From a virus (Duplodnaviria; Caudoviricetes), in IMG/VR virus record IMGVR_UViG_3300036824_000115, positions 1 to 37,891 of that record: a stretch of 37,891 nucleotides of DNA; one strand, given 5' to 3'. Under the pieces are notes generated by a model. That model was not told the DNA's origin and did not search any database. It saw only the letters and a list, made by a program, of their open reading frames with translations. Made by a program: the position numbers and the translations under genes. Below, piece by piece: positions 15,763 through 23,877 of the stretch (positions are counted from its first letter, which is position 1; each line of letters opens with the position of its first letter).

Positions 15763-17501
15763 AAAATGAAATCATTGTCGATAATTTCGCTGGTGGCGGT
15801 GGTGCGAGCACGGGTATTGAAATGGCAATTGGGCGCAGTGTTGATATAGCGATAAATCACGACGAAAATGCCATTGCGATGCACGAAACCAATCACCCGG
15901 ACACGTTGCACTACTGTGAGTCTGTATTCGATATTGACCCAGTAGCGGCGACGGGTGACCATCCTGTTGCGCTGGCATGGTTCAGTCCGGATTGCCGCCA
16001 TTTCAGCAAAGCGAAGGGCAGTAAACCGGTCAAAAAAGAGATTCGTGGTCTGGCATGGATTGCGATCCGCTGGGCCCTGGCAAAGCGTCCGCGCGTGATG
16101 ATGCTTGAAAACGTCGAAGAGTTTAAAACATGGGGCCCGTTACTGACCGCCGAAGACGGTACTGAACATCCGGATCCCGCGCTCGCAGGCGAAACCTTCG
16201 CTGCCTTCATTGGCATGCTGACAACCGGCATTTCTCCTGATCATCCGGCAGTGGCCGAGTGCTGTGAAGTGCTGAACATCGATGCGGGAAGCGATGACGT
16301 GCGTCGCCTGGTCGCCGGTCTTGGCTATGTTGTTGGCCACAAAGAATTGCGGGCATGTGACTACGGTGCACCGACAATCCGCCGCCGGTTCTTCATGGTG
16401 ATGCGTTGTGACGGTCAACCGGTTGAATGGCCTACAGTCAGCCACGGTGACCCGAAATCACTGGACGTACAGAGCGGGAAGCTGGCTCCATACCGTACAG
16501 CCGCTGAGTGCATTGACTGGTCCATCCCGTGTCCGAGCATTTTCGAGCGCAAGCGCCCACTGGCAGAAAACACCCTGCGCCGCATAGCCCGTGGTATTCA
16601 ACGCTTCGTGATCGAAAGCCCGAACCCATTCATCGTGAAGTGTAACCACACAAGCACAAAGACAACTTATAACTGCTTCCGTGGCCAGTCTTTGGACGAG
16701 CCTTTGCAGACGATCACTAAAACCCACGGCTATGCGCTGGTTACACCAATGATTGCTGGCGCGGGTGGTTCCGAATACCAGGCAAAACCGCGTAGCGCAG
16801 ATCAGCCAATGCACACAATCCTGAAGCAGTCGCGGGCTGCATTGGTTGCTCCAATCATTGCACGGCAATTCGGCAACAGTGTTGGTCATCGTGTCGATGA
16901 ACCCAATGGCACGATCACTGCCGGTGGCGGTGGCAAAAGCCAACTGGTGGCAACATTCCTGGCAAAACACTTTGGCGGCAATTACACCGGCCCCGGCGCT
17001 GATCTGGCTGAACCTGCGCACACGGTGACGACTGTCGACCACCATGCCCTGGTTACGTCAAACCTGATCAAATTCCGTGGTACCTGCAAAGATGGCCAGC
17101 CAGTGACGGAGCCTATGCCAACTATTACCGCCGGCGGTCTACATATTGGGGAGGTAAGAGCGTTCCTGCTGAAGTATTACGGCAACGAGAAAGAGGGGGT
17201 AAGCCTCACCGACCCATTGCATACCGTGACAACGAATGACCGTTTCGGCCTTGTCACTGTTGAAGGCATCGATTACCAGATCGTTGATATCGGCATGCGT
17301 ATGTTGCAACCGCATGAGCTTTACGCCGCACAGGGATTCCCAGCATGGTACATCATCGATCAGGACTATCGGGGCAAGAAGTACGCCAAGGATAAGCAGG
17401 TAGCACGCTGCGGTAATGCAGTACCACCACCATTTGCCGAAGCACTTGTGCGTGCCAATCTGCCAGAGCTGTGCATTGAGCGCAAAGAGGTGGCCGCGTG
17501 A
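15759..17501 (+). CDS. Orphan C5-cytosine DNA methyltransferase
   Basis: FAGGGG (motif I), SPDC (IV), ENV (VI), R.RFF (VIII), GNAV (X). Confidence 0.92.
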   Translation: MKNEIIVDNFAGGGGASTGIEMAIGRSVDIAINHDENAIAMHETNHPDTLHYCESVFDIDPVAATGDHPVALAWFSPDCRHFSKAKGSKPVKKEIRGLAWIAIRWALAKRPRVMMLENVEEFKTWGPLLTAEDGTEHPDPALAGETFAAFIGMLTTGISPDHPAVAECCEVLNIDAGSDDVRRLVAGLGYVVGHKELRACDYGAPTIRRRFFMVMRCDGQPVEWPTVSHGDPKSLDVQSGKLAPYRTAAECIDWSIPCPSIFERKRPLAENTLRRIARGIQRFVIESPNPFIVKCNHTSTKTTYNCFRGQSLDEPLQTITKTHGYALVTPMIAGAGGSEYQAKPRSADQPMHTILKQSRAALVAPIIARQFGNSVGHRVDEPNGTITAGGGGKSQLVATFLAKHFGGNYTGPGADLAEPAHTVTTVDHHALVTSNLIKFRGTCKDGQPVTEPMPTITAGGLHIGEVRAFLLKYYGNEKEGVSLTDPLHTVTTNDRFGLVTVEGIDYQIVDIGMRMLQPHELYAAQGFPAWYIIDQDYRGKKYAKDKQVARCGNAVPPPFAEALVRANLPELCIERKEVAA

Positions 17502-18538
17502 GGATGTTACTTACCCCTTACCTGCAGCGTGAACTGGGCGTGGTGCTACTGCGTCCAGGCAGTGACCTGCTGCATTATTTCAGTGGCCGTGCGCGGCTGC
17601 TGATCGCCAACGAAACTGACGAGTTGAAACCGCTGCCATCGGGCCTGCTTCCAGCAGTAGACCAGAGCCTGGCTGCTGACCCGCGCTTGTCATCGTTTTT
17701 CCAGCATGAGCGGGTTATAGACGCAGCTGGTGGTATTGCAGGCCTGAATGAATGGGTGCTTCGTGGTACCGGCTGCCAGTGGACTGATGCCAGTGATGAT
17801 TACCACCACCACAATATTGATATCCTGGATTATGGCGGCCGCCCGATCCGTATGTGCTGGCACCATGAACACCGCCTGCGGGAACAAACCTTGCCAGCGT
17901 TGGATGCCCTGGCTGAACAGAACGTTGCGGACTGGGTTGTTTACCGCGCCCGCTCGCATTTCATGTTTGGTGAAGCCCACCAGTTGAGCCTGCCGGAGTT
18001 GTGCTGGTGGGCCGTACTGAAAGAGGTATCCGATTTATTGCCTGATGCGGTTGCTCGTTTCTCCCTGCGCCTTCCACCAGCCACCATCCCAACGGGAACG
18101 CGGAAAGAGGCGGATATTGTTTGGGAGAGGGCCCCACAGGCGATCATTAACGAGTACGTGGAGAAGGTTAAACCGGCATTGACCGTTGATATCGACCCCG
18201 AGCCACCAGCTGGTTTTATGCTGCGGCCAAAGCTGACCCGCTGGGAGTGCGAGAAATACACCCAATGGGTTAAGTCGCAGAAATGCTGCTGTGGTTGCAA
18301 CCGACCGGCAGATGACCCACACCACATCATTGATCACGGGCTCGGCGGTACCGGCACCAAACCGCATGACATCTTCACTATCCCTATGACCAGAGAATGC
18401 CATGACAAGCTGCATGAGGATGTCGCTGCATGGGAAGCCACTCACGGCAGCCAGTTATTCCACCTGGTACGCACGCTGAACAAGGCATTCGGAATTGGGG
18501 CGATCAGCACGGCAAACAAACGCGGGGCAAAGCGATGA
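17498..18538 (+). CDS. DUF968 (YdfU-like) protein with C-terminal HNH-like region
   Basis: LSLPELCWWA, YTQWVKSQ.C..C, ADDPHHII, CHDKLH. Confidence 0.85.
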   Translation: MRMLLTPYLQRELGVVLLRPGSDLLHYFSGRARLLIANETDELKPLPSGLLPAVDQSLAADPRLSSFFQHERVIDAAGGIAGLNEWVLRGTGCQWTDASDDYHHHNIDILDYGGRPIRMCWHHEHRLREQTLPALDALAEQNVADWVVYRARSHFMFGEAHQLSLPELCWWAVLKEVSDLLPDAVARFSLRLPPATIPTGTRKEADIVWERAPQAIINEYVEKVKPALTVDIDPEPPAGFMLRPKLTRWECEKYTQWVKSQKCCCGCNRPADDPHHIIDHGLGGTGTKPHDIFTIPMTRECHDKLHEDVAAWEATHGSQLFHLVRTLNKAFGIGAISTANKRGAKR

Positions 18539-19203
18539 ATCAACAATATTTGGAGTATGTCCGTGGTGCGGTGTCGCTTGCCTTGGCTGATATCCATGGG
18601 CAGAGCAAAGGCCAGTTGGCGGCATTTGAGGGCTCGGCGCTGGCCCGTACTACGCGTTTTAAGCGGCAAAGACTGCGCACAGTGGTGGTCGACAATCGGA
18701 AGGTATGCCCGGCGACAGATCCGATGCACTGTCCGGAGACGCGATCCAGAAAGAAACCATTCCCGCCGTTGGATGAAATGACATACTGCACCAGCTCTTG
18801 GCGCCGGGCGATTTCAGTTTTGGATACACATCAGGAAGCGTGGATTCGTTATTGTTATGGTGATTATAATTACCACAGTAAACAGTTGTTGGTGGTGCCC
18901 TATATCTGGGAACGGTTTTCAGAGCAGTGCTCGGCGCGTATCAGTAAAAAGGTCAAACTACGGTTGCAAAGCCTGACGATGCTGGCTGTGCAGGTTGTTG
19001 CCAGTGAGATAAAAGGGTTTCCGAAAGAATATACCTATACACGTTTGGCAGAGCTTTCTGGCGTCAATAAATCAACCTGGTCGGAAACCTACAGCGGACA
19101 CTGGAATAAGCTGCTATCCCTTGTGGAAACACTGGATGCAGGATCATTACGATGGGCGGCGGAGAAAAGGATCGAATCACGTTCAAAACATTTAGCATCA
19201 TAG
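18535..19203 (+). CDS. Q: Late antitermination protein Q (phage 82-like)
   Basis: MN.QYLEYVR, SKGQL.AFE, SSWRRA, LAEL.GV.KSTWSETY; followed by pR' and tR'. Confidence 0.85.
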   Translation: MNQQYLEYVRGAVSLALADIHGQSKGQLAAFEGSALARTTRFKRQRLRTVVVDNRKVCPATDPMHCPETRSRKKPFPPLDEMTYCTSSWRRAISVLDTHQEAWIRYCYGDYNYHSKQLLVVPYIWERFSEQCSARISKKVKLRLQSLTMLAVQVVASEIKGFPKEYTYTRLAELSGVNKSTWSETYSGHWNKLLSLVETLDAGSLRWAAEKRIESRSKHLAS

Positions 19204-19206
19204 TGC

Positions 19207-19235
19207 TTGCAAAACCGAACAAAGTAAGCCATATT
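19207..19235 (+). promoter_or_regulatory. Late promoter pR'
   Basis: TTGCAA-17-CATATT immediately after Q. Confidence 0.65.
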
Positions 19236-19275
19236 TAAGGCTGATTTGATATTTTGCCAGTATTGCAAATGGCGC

Positions 19276-19301
19276 AAAACCTCGCTTCGGCGGGGTTTTT
19301 T
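19276..19301 (+). terminator. tR' terminator
   Basis: AAAACCTCGC-TTCG-GCGGGGTTTTTT. Confidence 0.85.
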
Positions 19302-19322
19302 GTTTATGAGTGTGAGTGGTGG

Positions 19323-19351
19323 TTGAGACTGGGTGGCTTCATCGTTAAAAT
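19323..19351 (+). promoter_or_regulatory. sigma70 promoter for the tRNA pair
   Basis: TTGAGA-17-TAAAAT, 10 nt before the first tRNA. Confidence 0.65.
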
Positions 19352-19361
19352 TATACTTTGA

Positions 19362-19438
19362 CCGCCATTAGCTCATCAGGATAGAGCAGAAGCTTTCTAA
19401 GCTCCTGGTGCGGGGTTCAAGTCCTCGATGGCGGACCA
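19362..19438 (+). tRNA. tRNA-Arg (anticodon TCT)
   Basis: 77 nt; acceptor CCGCCAT/ATGGCGG, loop TT-TCT-AA, GTTCAAGTC T-loop, encoded CCA; one A-C mismatch in the anticodon stem. Confidence 0.85.
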
Positions 19439-19440
19439 AC

Positions 19441-19514
19441 GCGGCCATCGTATAATGGTATTACCTCAGCCTTTGAAGTTGATGATGTGGGTTCGATTCC
19501 TGCTGGCCGCGCCA
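19441..19514 (+). tRNA. tRNA with anticodon TTG (Gln) on a glyT-like body
   Basis: 74 nt; acceptor GCGGCCA/TGGCCGC, loop CT-TTG-AA (anticodon 19473-19475), GTTCGATTC, G73-CCA. Confidence 0.8.
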
Positions 19515-19594
19515 GAACAACCGCATGAGCACTTACTTGTTTATAGGGAATGATGTCGGGTCAAACTCAGGGGTGAGTGTTCAGTCGGATGTTC
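19515..19594 (+). ncRNA. RNase III-type long hairpin after the tRNAs
   Basis: GAACAACCG.cat.GAGCACTTAC / GTGAGTGTTC.agt.CGGATGTTC, 36-nt loop. Confidence 0.5.
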
Positions 19595-19817
19595 TGGCCT
19601 ACAATAATTTTGGTACATCAGAAGGGAGCATTTAGTTTTGATACGCACTATCGAACCCTTTGGTGGGGAGTTTCTAAGTGCGCCCCTCGGTGTGAAGTGA
19701 CAGTCGGGAAAGACCGGCAACCATTCAAGCCCTGGCCTAATCGCCGTGGCTTTCCGTTTTTGGGCTGCGCAAATGCGTGGCCTTTATTTTTCCTAACGAA
19801 ATATTACAGGTGAGATT

Positions 19818-20348
19818 ATGCTGATCCCCTCTCAACACTTTCTGGAGAAAGGCATGAACGTAACCATTAATGACATTTGGGAAAAGAGAGCTGAGCTTGA
19901 GCAGAAGAAAGCGCTGCGGAAGCACAGGCTGCAATCTGATGCGGTCAGCCTCGTTGAGGAGCTAAAAAGCTCACTTGGGGTTAGCGATGGCAATAATAAG
20001 ACTGCTGACATTAATGGCGTCCCGCTGCCATATGTTCGCACCTATGTTGTCAACTCGCAGCGAAACCTTGAAGAGCGCCCAGTTCAAGCTGTCCAGCTAA
20101 ATAACAATCATCAGATATGCTTTGTGGTTGGCGTACTGGCTGGCAACGACGAGCCTGGTGGAACCTGGGTGAACATTGAAGTAGAAATGTGGTATGAAAC
20201 GCCAACTGAGTTGATAGTAAATTTACCAGGGTACAAGCCTAAGCATCTGAAGGTTACTGGGCAAAATGTCGGCGGTAAATTTTATGAATCTGCAGCATTA
20301 ATTAAACAGACCTGCATAGAAAAGTTGTCAGACTCACGACTAGATTAA
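19818..20348 (+). CDS. Hypothetical moron protein
   Basis: 176-aa ORF with AGGTGA RBS, bracketed by terminator-like hairpins. Confidence 0.7.
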   Translation: MLIPSQHFLEKGMNVTINDIWEKRAELEQKKALRKHRLQSDAVSLVEELKSSLGVSDGNNKTADINGVPLPYVRTYVVNSQRNLEERPVQAVQLNNNHQICFVVGVLAGNDEPGGTWVNIEVEMWYETPTELIVNLPGYKPKHLKVTGQNVGGKFYESAALIKQTCIEKLSDSRLD

Positions 20349-20363
20349 ATAAAACCTGCTATT

Positions 20364-20389
20364 AAAGGCTGTCCTCGGGTGGCCTTTTT
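20364..20389 (+). terminator. Rho-independent terminator
   Basis: AAAGGCTGTC-CTCG-GGTGGCCTTTTT. Confidence 0.7.
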
Positions 20390-20572
20390 GCATTTCAGCC
20401 CCAGCCAACATCCGACACACACCTAGCACACCCCGTATCGCCGACTCGTTTACGGCTGGTGGCTGAACTTTGTTAGTTGGTTTTATTGGAAATATTTTCT
20501 TACACTCACTTTATTTATGCCAATTTTGTGTTAATTTTTCTCTAAAGGAAATTGACAAATTAAGGGTATAAC

Positions 20573-21493
20573 GTGTTATCGAATCTTGACAGATGGGTTT
20601 CATTTTTTGATTTTTCTTTTTCACCAACGCACCCAGCAGCTCCTGATATACCCGTAAATGAAGTGTTACTAAGACTAAAGAATCTTGTAGATCAGGGCGA
20701 TGCAGTAAAGCTGTACAATAACAGAACTAGAGCTGTCCGCATTTCAGAAATGACCTATGCTGATGGCGATCCTCATGCTGTAATGTTAGTTCAACTCTGC
20801 GATCAGAACGGGTCTGACCCTGTTTTTGGGGAGTTAGCAACAGGGGCGTTAAGGCTCGAGCCAAAGCTCGCAGGTGAGGGGATAGCCGTATCTAGCCATA
20901 TAGTCATATCAACCTCGGTGGTTCCTTTCACAGCAGACCATTTTAAGACTCTAGTTGAGTCAGTGCCGGGTATCAGTAAGTCGATACTCGAACCGTTCCT
21001 AAACGCTCTACTTAAGGATGCTTTTGATGGGCAGGAATTTCAAAATCCGGCAACAAAAGCTAAATGTAAGCACCGTCCTAAATTGGCTATTGTTTCCCAT
21101 GGGTCCCAGACTTTAATGGACGCGCTTCAGGGGGCCAAGCTTCACAACGTCAAGCTGGTTAGCACTAAGAAGATGGGTGGGATGGATAAGACCTCCTATA
21201 CCGAACTAGCGGAAAGGTCTGTGAGATACAAAATCGTGAAACAGCCGCCGACGAAGTACAAAGAAAAACTTTTAAGAATCCTCAGAAAGAAAGGCCAGCA
21301 GTCTGGGTATACTAAGGTATCAATCAGTTATTCTAAGGATGGGAAGCAGGCCAGCCTTGATCTTGATCGGAATGAGGATGCTGCTACCAAGCTCTTCACC
21401 AAGAGCGAGAAGGTCATTCTTGCTGGTGGGATAAATCAATGCGAGAGCGCCATACATCAGCAGCTTTCTGCAAGCATGGTAGGGCTTTTATAG
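20573..21493 (+). CDS. Soluble basic protein, component A of a candidate two-gene defence moron
   Basis: 306 aa, GTG start, AT-rich leader, 13 bp from its partner. Confidence 0.75.
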   Translation: MLSNLDRWVSFFDFSFSPTHPAAPDIPVNEVLLRLKNLVDQGDAVKLYNNRTRAVRISEMTYADGDPHAVMLVQLCDQNGSDPVFGELATGALRLEPKLAGEGIAVSSHIVISTSVVPFTADHFKTLVESVPGISKSILEPFLNALLKDAFDGQEFQNPATKAKCKHRPKLAIVSHGSQTLMDALQGAKLHNVKLVSTKKMGGMDKTSYTELAERSVRYKIVKQPPTKYKEKLLRILRKKGQQSGYTKVSISYSKDGKQASLDLDRNEDAATKLFTKSEKVILAGGINQCESAIHQQLSASMVGLL

Positions 21494-21506
21494 ATGAGGT
21501 TTCGGA

Positions 21507-22079
21507 ATGAAACTGTTTTCACCATTGGGTTATTTGCGTATCAAACATGAAGAGAAAAAATGGTACGATTATATAATCCCATTTATTGGTAGTGTAATAA
21601 TAACTATTGTTTATTATTTTTCTAGCAATAAAATTCCACTAATTGGCAATGGTGGACTACTATCTCAGGTCAACGGGCTGTTACAAGTGTTGATCGGTTT
21701 TTATATAGCTGCGTTAGCCGCCGTATCTACCTTCTCTAACGCAACAATAGATGAAGTGATGTCTGGAGACCCTCCAACTTTGATAGAGAAGTTCAGGGGG
21801 AAAAAGTTAAAGGTTACTCTTACAAGAAGACGGTTTGTTTGCTATCTATTTGGATATTTGGCATTAACCAGCTTTGTGCTTTTTTGCATCGGCCTGGTTT
21901 CCCTGCTTATAGGGAAGACGCTTTCAATATGGTTGCTTGCCACAACATCAATTCAAGTGTTGATGGTGCTAAAAACAGTATTCTTCTTCTTTTACTCTTT
22001 GATTTTGCTTAATGTTATAACAACAACCTTGTTGGGGTTATATTTCCTCTCAGTACGGTTCCATCAGTCATCTCTTTAG
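21507..22079 (+). CDS. 4-TM membrane protein, component B of a candidate two-gene defence moron
   Basis: Four hydrophobic segments; GFYIAALAAV and TRRRF..YLFGYL motifs; AT-rich. Confidence 0.8.
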   Translation: MKLFSPLGYLRIKHEEKKWYDYIIPFIGSVIITIVYYFSSNKIPLIGNGGLLSQVNGLLQVLIGFYIAALAAVSTFSNATIDEVMSGDPPTLIEKFRGKKLKVTLTRRRFVCYLFGYLALTSFVLFCIGLVSLLIGKTLSIWLLATTSIQVLMVLKTVFFFFYSLILLNVITTTLLGLYFLSVRFHQSSL

Positions 22080-22105
22080 CCTACAGCTAAGATATCAAGA
22101 ACATT

Positions 22106-22134
22106 AGGCCCGCTCTACGCGGGCCTTTTCTTTT
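22106..22134 (+). terminator. Moron terminator
   Basis: AGGCCCGC-tctac-GCGGGCCT-TTTCTTTT. Confidence 0.8.
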
Positions 22135-22169
22135 ACTACAGCACAGCCCGATAACCGGGAGGTGGAGTC

Positions 22170-22466
22170 ATGAAAATGCACCCAGACAATCCAAACCTGC
22201 CGTACTGGTGGTCGGCACTGCTCGGCTTCTTTTCGTTGCTGTCGCTGCAGGATTACATATTCATCATTGGCGCACTGATATCGGCCTTCTTCACGATCAA
22301 GACGTACTACGCCAAGCGGAAAGAAGAGCGTGAACGCCTGACAGAAGAACGGCGCCGCACGCAAATTATGCAGGACTATCTACACGGGGTGTCGGTCAAA
22401 CCTGAAGGGGAACGTCCGGCGGCGGTTGAGGTAGTGGCGGAAGCAATGCGCAGAGCTGAGGGTTGA
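22170..22466 (+). CDS. Holin (2 TM, Met-Lys-Met dual start)
   Basis: GGAGGTGGAG RBS; two TM helices; charged tail; precedes the endolysin. Confidence 0.8.
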   Translation: MKMHPDNPNLPYWWSALLGFFSLLSLQDYIFIIGALISAFFTIKTYYAKRKEERERLTEERRRTQIMQDYLHGVSVKPEGERPAAVEVVAEAMRRAEG

Positions 22467-22467
22467 T

Positions 22468-22998
22468 ATGGCGATAAGCAAATCTAAACTCAGCGCCGCG
22501 ATGCTGGCGTTGATTACTGCAGGTGCCTCTGCTCCAGTGATGATGGCTCAGTTTCAGGAAGAGAAAGAAGGGCAGCGGAATATAGCGTATCAGGATGCAG
22601 GCGGCATCTGGACTATCTGCGGCGGTGTGACAGTGGTCAACGGCCAAAAAGTCACGAAGGGTATGCGGATGTCTGCCGAACAGTGCAAACGGATTGATGC
22701 GGCCGAGCAGAAAAAAGCGCTCGACTGGGTAGACCGCAACGTTAAGGTAACGCTGACCGCACCGCAGAAGGTTGGGATCGCCTCGTTCTGCCCCTGGAAC
22801 ATTGGGCCGGCAAAATGCTTCACCTCCACGTTTTACAAAAAGCTGAATGCTGGTGACCGGCCTGGTGCATGCCGCGAAATCAGGCGCTGGATTTATGACG
22901 GCGGCCGGGATTGCCGGATCCGCTCAAATAACTGTTTCGGCCAGGTGGCGCGACGGGATCAGGAAGCTGAGTTGGCCTGCTGGGAGCTGGATAAATGA
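22468..22998 (+). CDS. SAR endolysin (GH24 lysozyme)
   Basis: N-terminal SAR helix; E-x8-D-x5-T (EG...YQDAGGIWTIC); NIG..C..ST..KKLN. Confidence 0.9.
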   Translation: MAISKSKLSAAMLALITAGASAPVMMAQFQEEKEGQRNIAYQDAGGIWTICGGVTVVNGQKVTKGMRMSAEQCKRIDAAEQKKALDWVDRNVKVTLTAPQKVGIASFCPWNIGPAKCFTSTFYKKLNAGDRPGACREIRRWIYDGGRDCRIRSNNCFGQVARRDQEAELACWELDK

Positions 22999-23237
22999 AC
23001 AGACTAACAGTGGCCATTGGTGCTGCGTTGCTGCTCATCTTCATTTCGCTGGCATGGCTGGCATTTCATTTCCATGGTACCATCATCGCTGACGCAACCG
23101 GTGCTGGCGCCACTGCCTCCGGCACCCTGACATATTGTCAGGCGGTGCTGTGGATTGATCCGCTACTGGCGGCACTCGACAAGGCGAATAACCAACTGTT
23201 GGCGATACGCCAGCTCGACGAAGAGAGAAAGCGATGA
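22995..23237 (+). pseudogene. Deleted spanin locus: Rz TM segment fused to the Rz1-like C-terminus
   Basis: Only 80 aa; N-terminal TM, then TYCQAVLW...LDKANNQL.AIR; Pro-rich o-spanin segment VPSSLTQPVLAPLPP in another frame from 23077; no lipobox. Confidence 0.65.
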
Positions 23238-23431
23238 GCAAGATTGTACTGACCCAAGAGCAGATTAAAGAACTGGCGCGTTTCGCAGTAGAAGATGGCC
23301 AGCCGTCCTACACCATTACCACCGGCACCATTCCAGCATTTGAGGCTGACGACGGCGAACTGGTACCGGAATACAACGGTCTGATCGCGTATTCGGAATC
23401 GGAAGAGCACGGCGTTCTGCAGTTGGCCTGA
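23234..23431 (+). CDS. Phage hypothetical protein
   Basis: ATGA overlap; acidic 65 aa. Confidence 0.6.
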   Translation: MSKIVLTQEQIKELARFAVEDGQPSYTITTGTIPAFEADDGELVPEYNGLIAYSESEEHGVLQLA

Positions 23432-23464
23432 TTAAGTGGCAGCGAGATAACAAAGGTAAAGACG

Positions 23465-23758
23465 ATGGACGATGATGATCGTAAAGACCTACAGCTGTGG
23501 TTCGGGCTGTCATATTCCTCATTCTGCGTAATGCCCCGAGTGTTTATGGAGGCTATGCCCGCAGAGTGGCAGGAAAAGATGGCTCAATTGTTGTTCGAGT
23601 ATGATGACCGCATAGATCAGCGTGCGTGCGGTGTGCATAGTTGTTTTGTCACGGTAAAGAATGCTGACAACCGATTTATGAAGATGCCGGAGGAGCTGTT
23701 GAATTACCGGCATCCGCGCCAAGAGTTTATTCAAAGTTTCCTGCGTGAGCCTACATAG
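23465..23758 (+). CDS. Phage hypothetical protein
   Basis: WFGLSY.SF.VMPRV.MEAMP..WQ and NYRHP motifs. Confidence 0.7.
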   Translation: MDDDDRKDLQLWFGLSYSSFCVMPRVFMEAMPAEWQEKMAQLLFEYDDRIDQRACGVHSCFVTVKNADNRFMKMPEELLNYRHPRQEFIQSFLREPT

Positions 23759-23877
23759 CATTACAGATGGTCTTTACGAGGGCCATCGATAATGCACAAT
23801 AACCAAAGCCATCACCCTGCACCTACCGCGCACCCAGCGCATCGGCAGGTTGGAGGCTTTTTTATAAGGTGGGTAGC

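Noticed and set aside
20552-20572. TTGACA...TATAAC as the promoter of the defence-like operon
   Set aside because: Spacer is only 9 bp and it abuts the start codon; the real promoter is probably further upstream in the AT-rich tract
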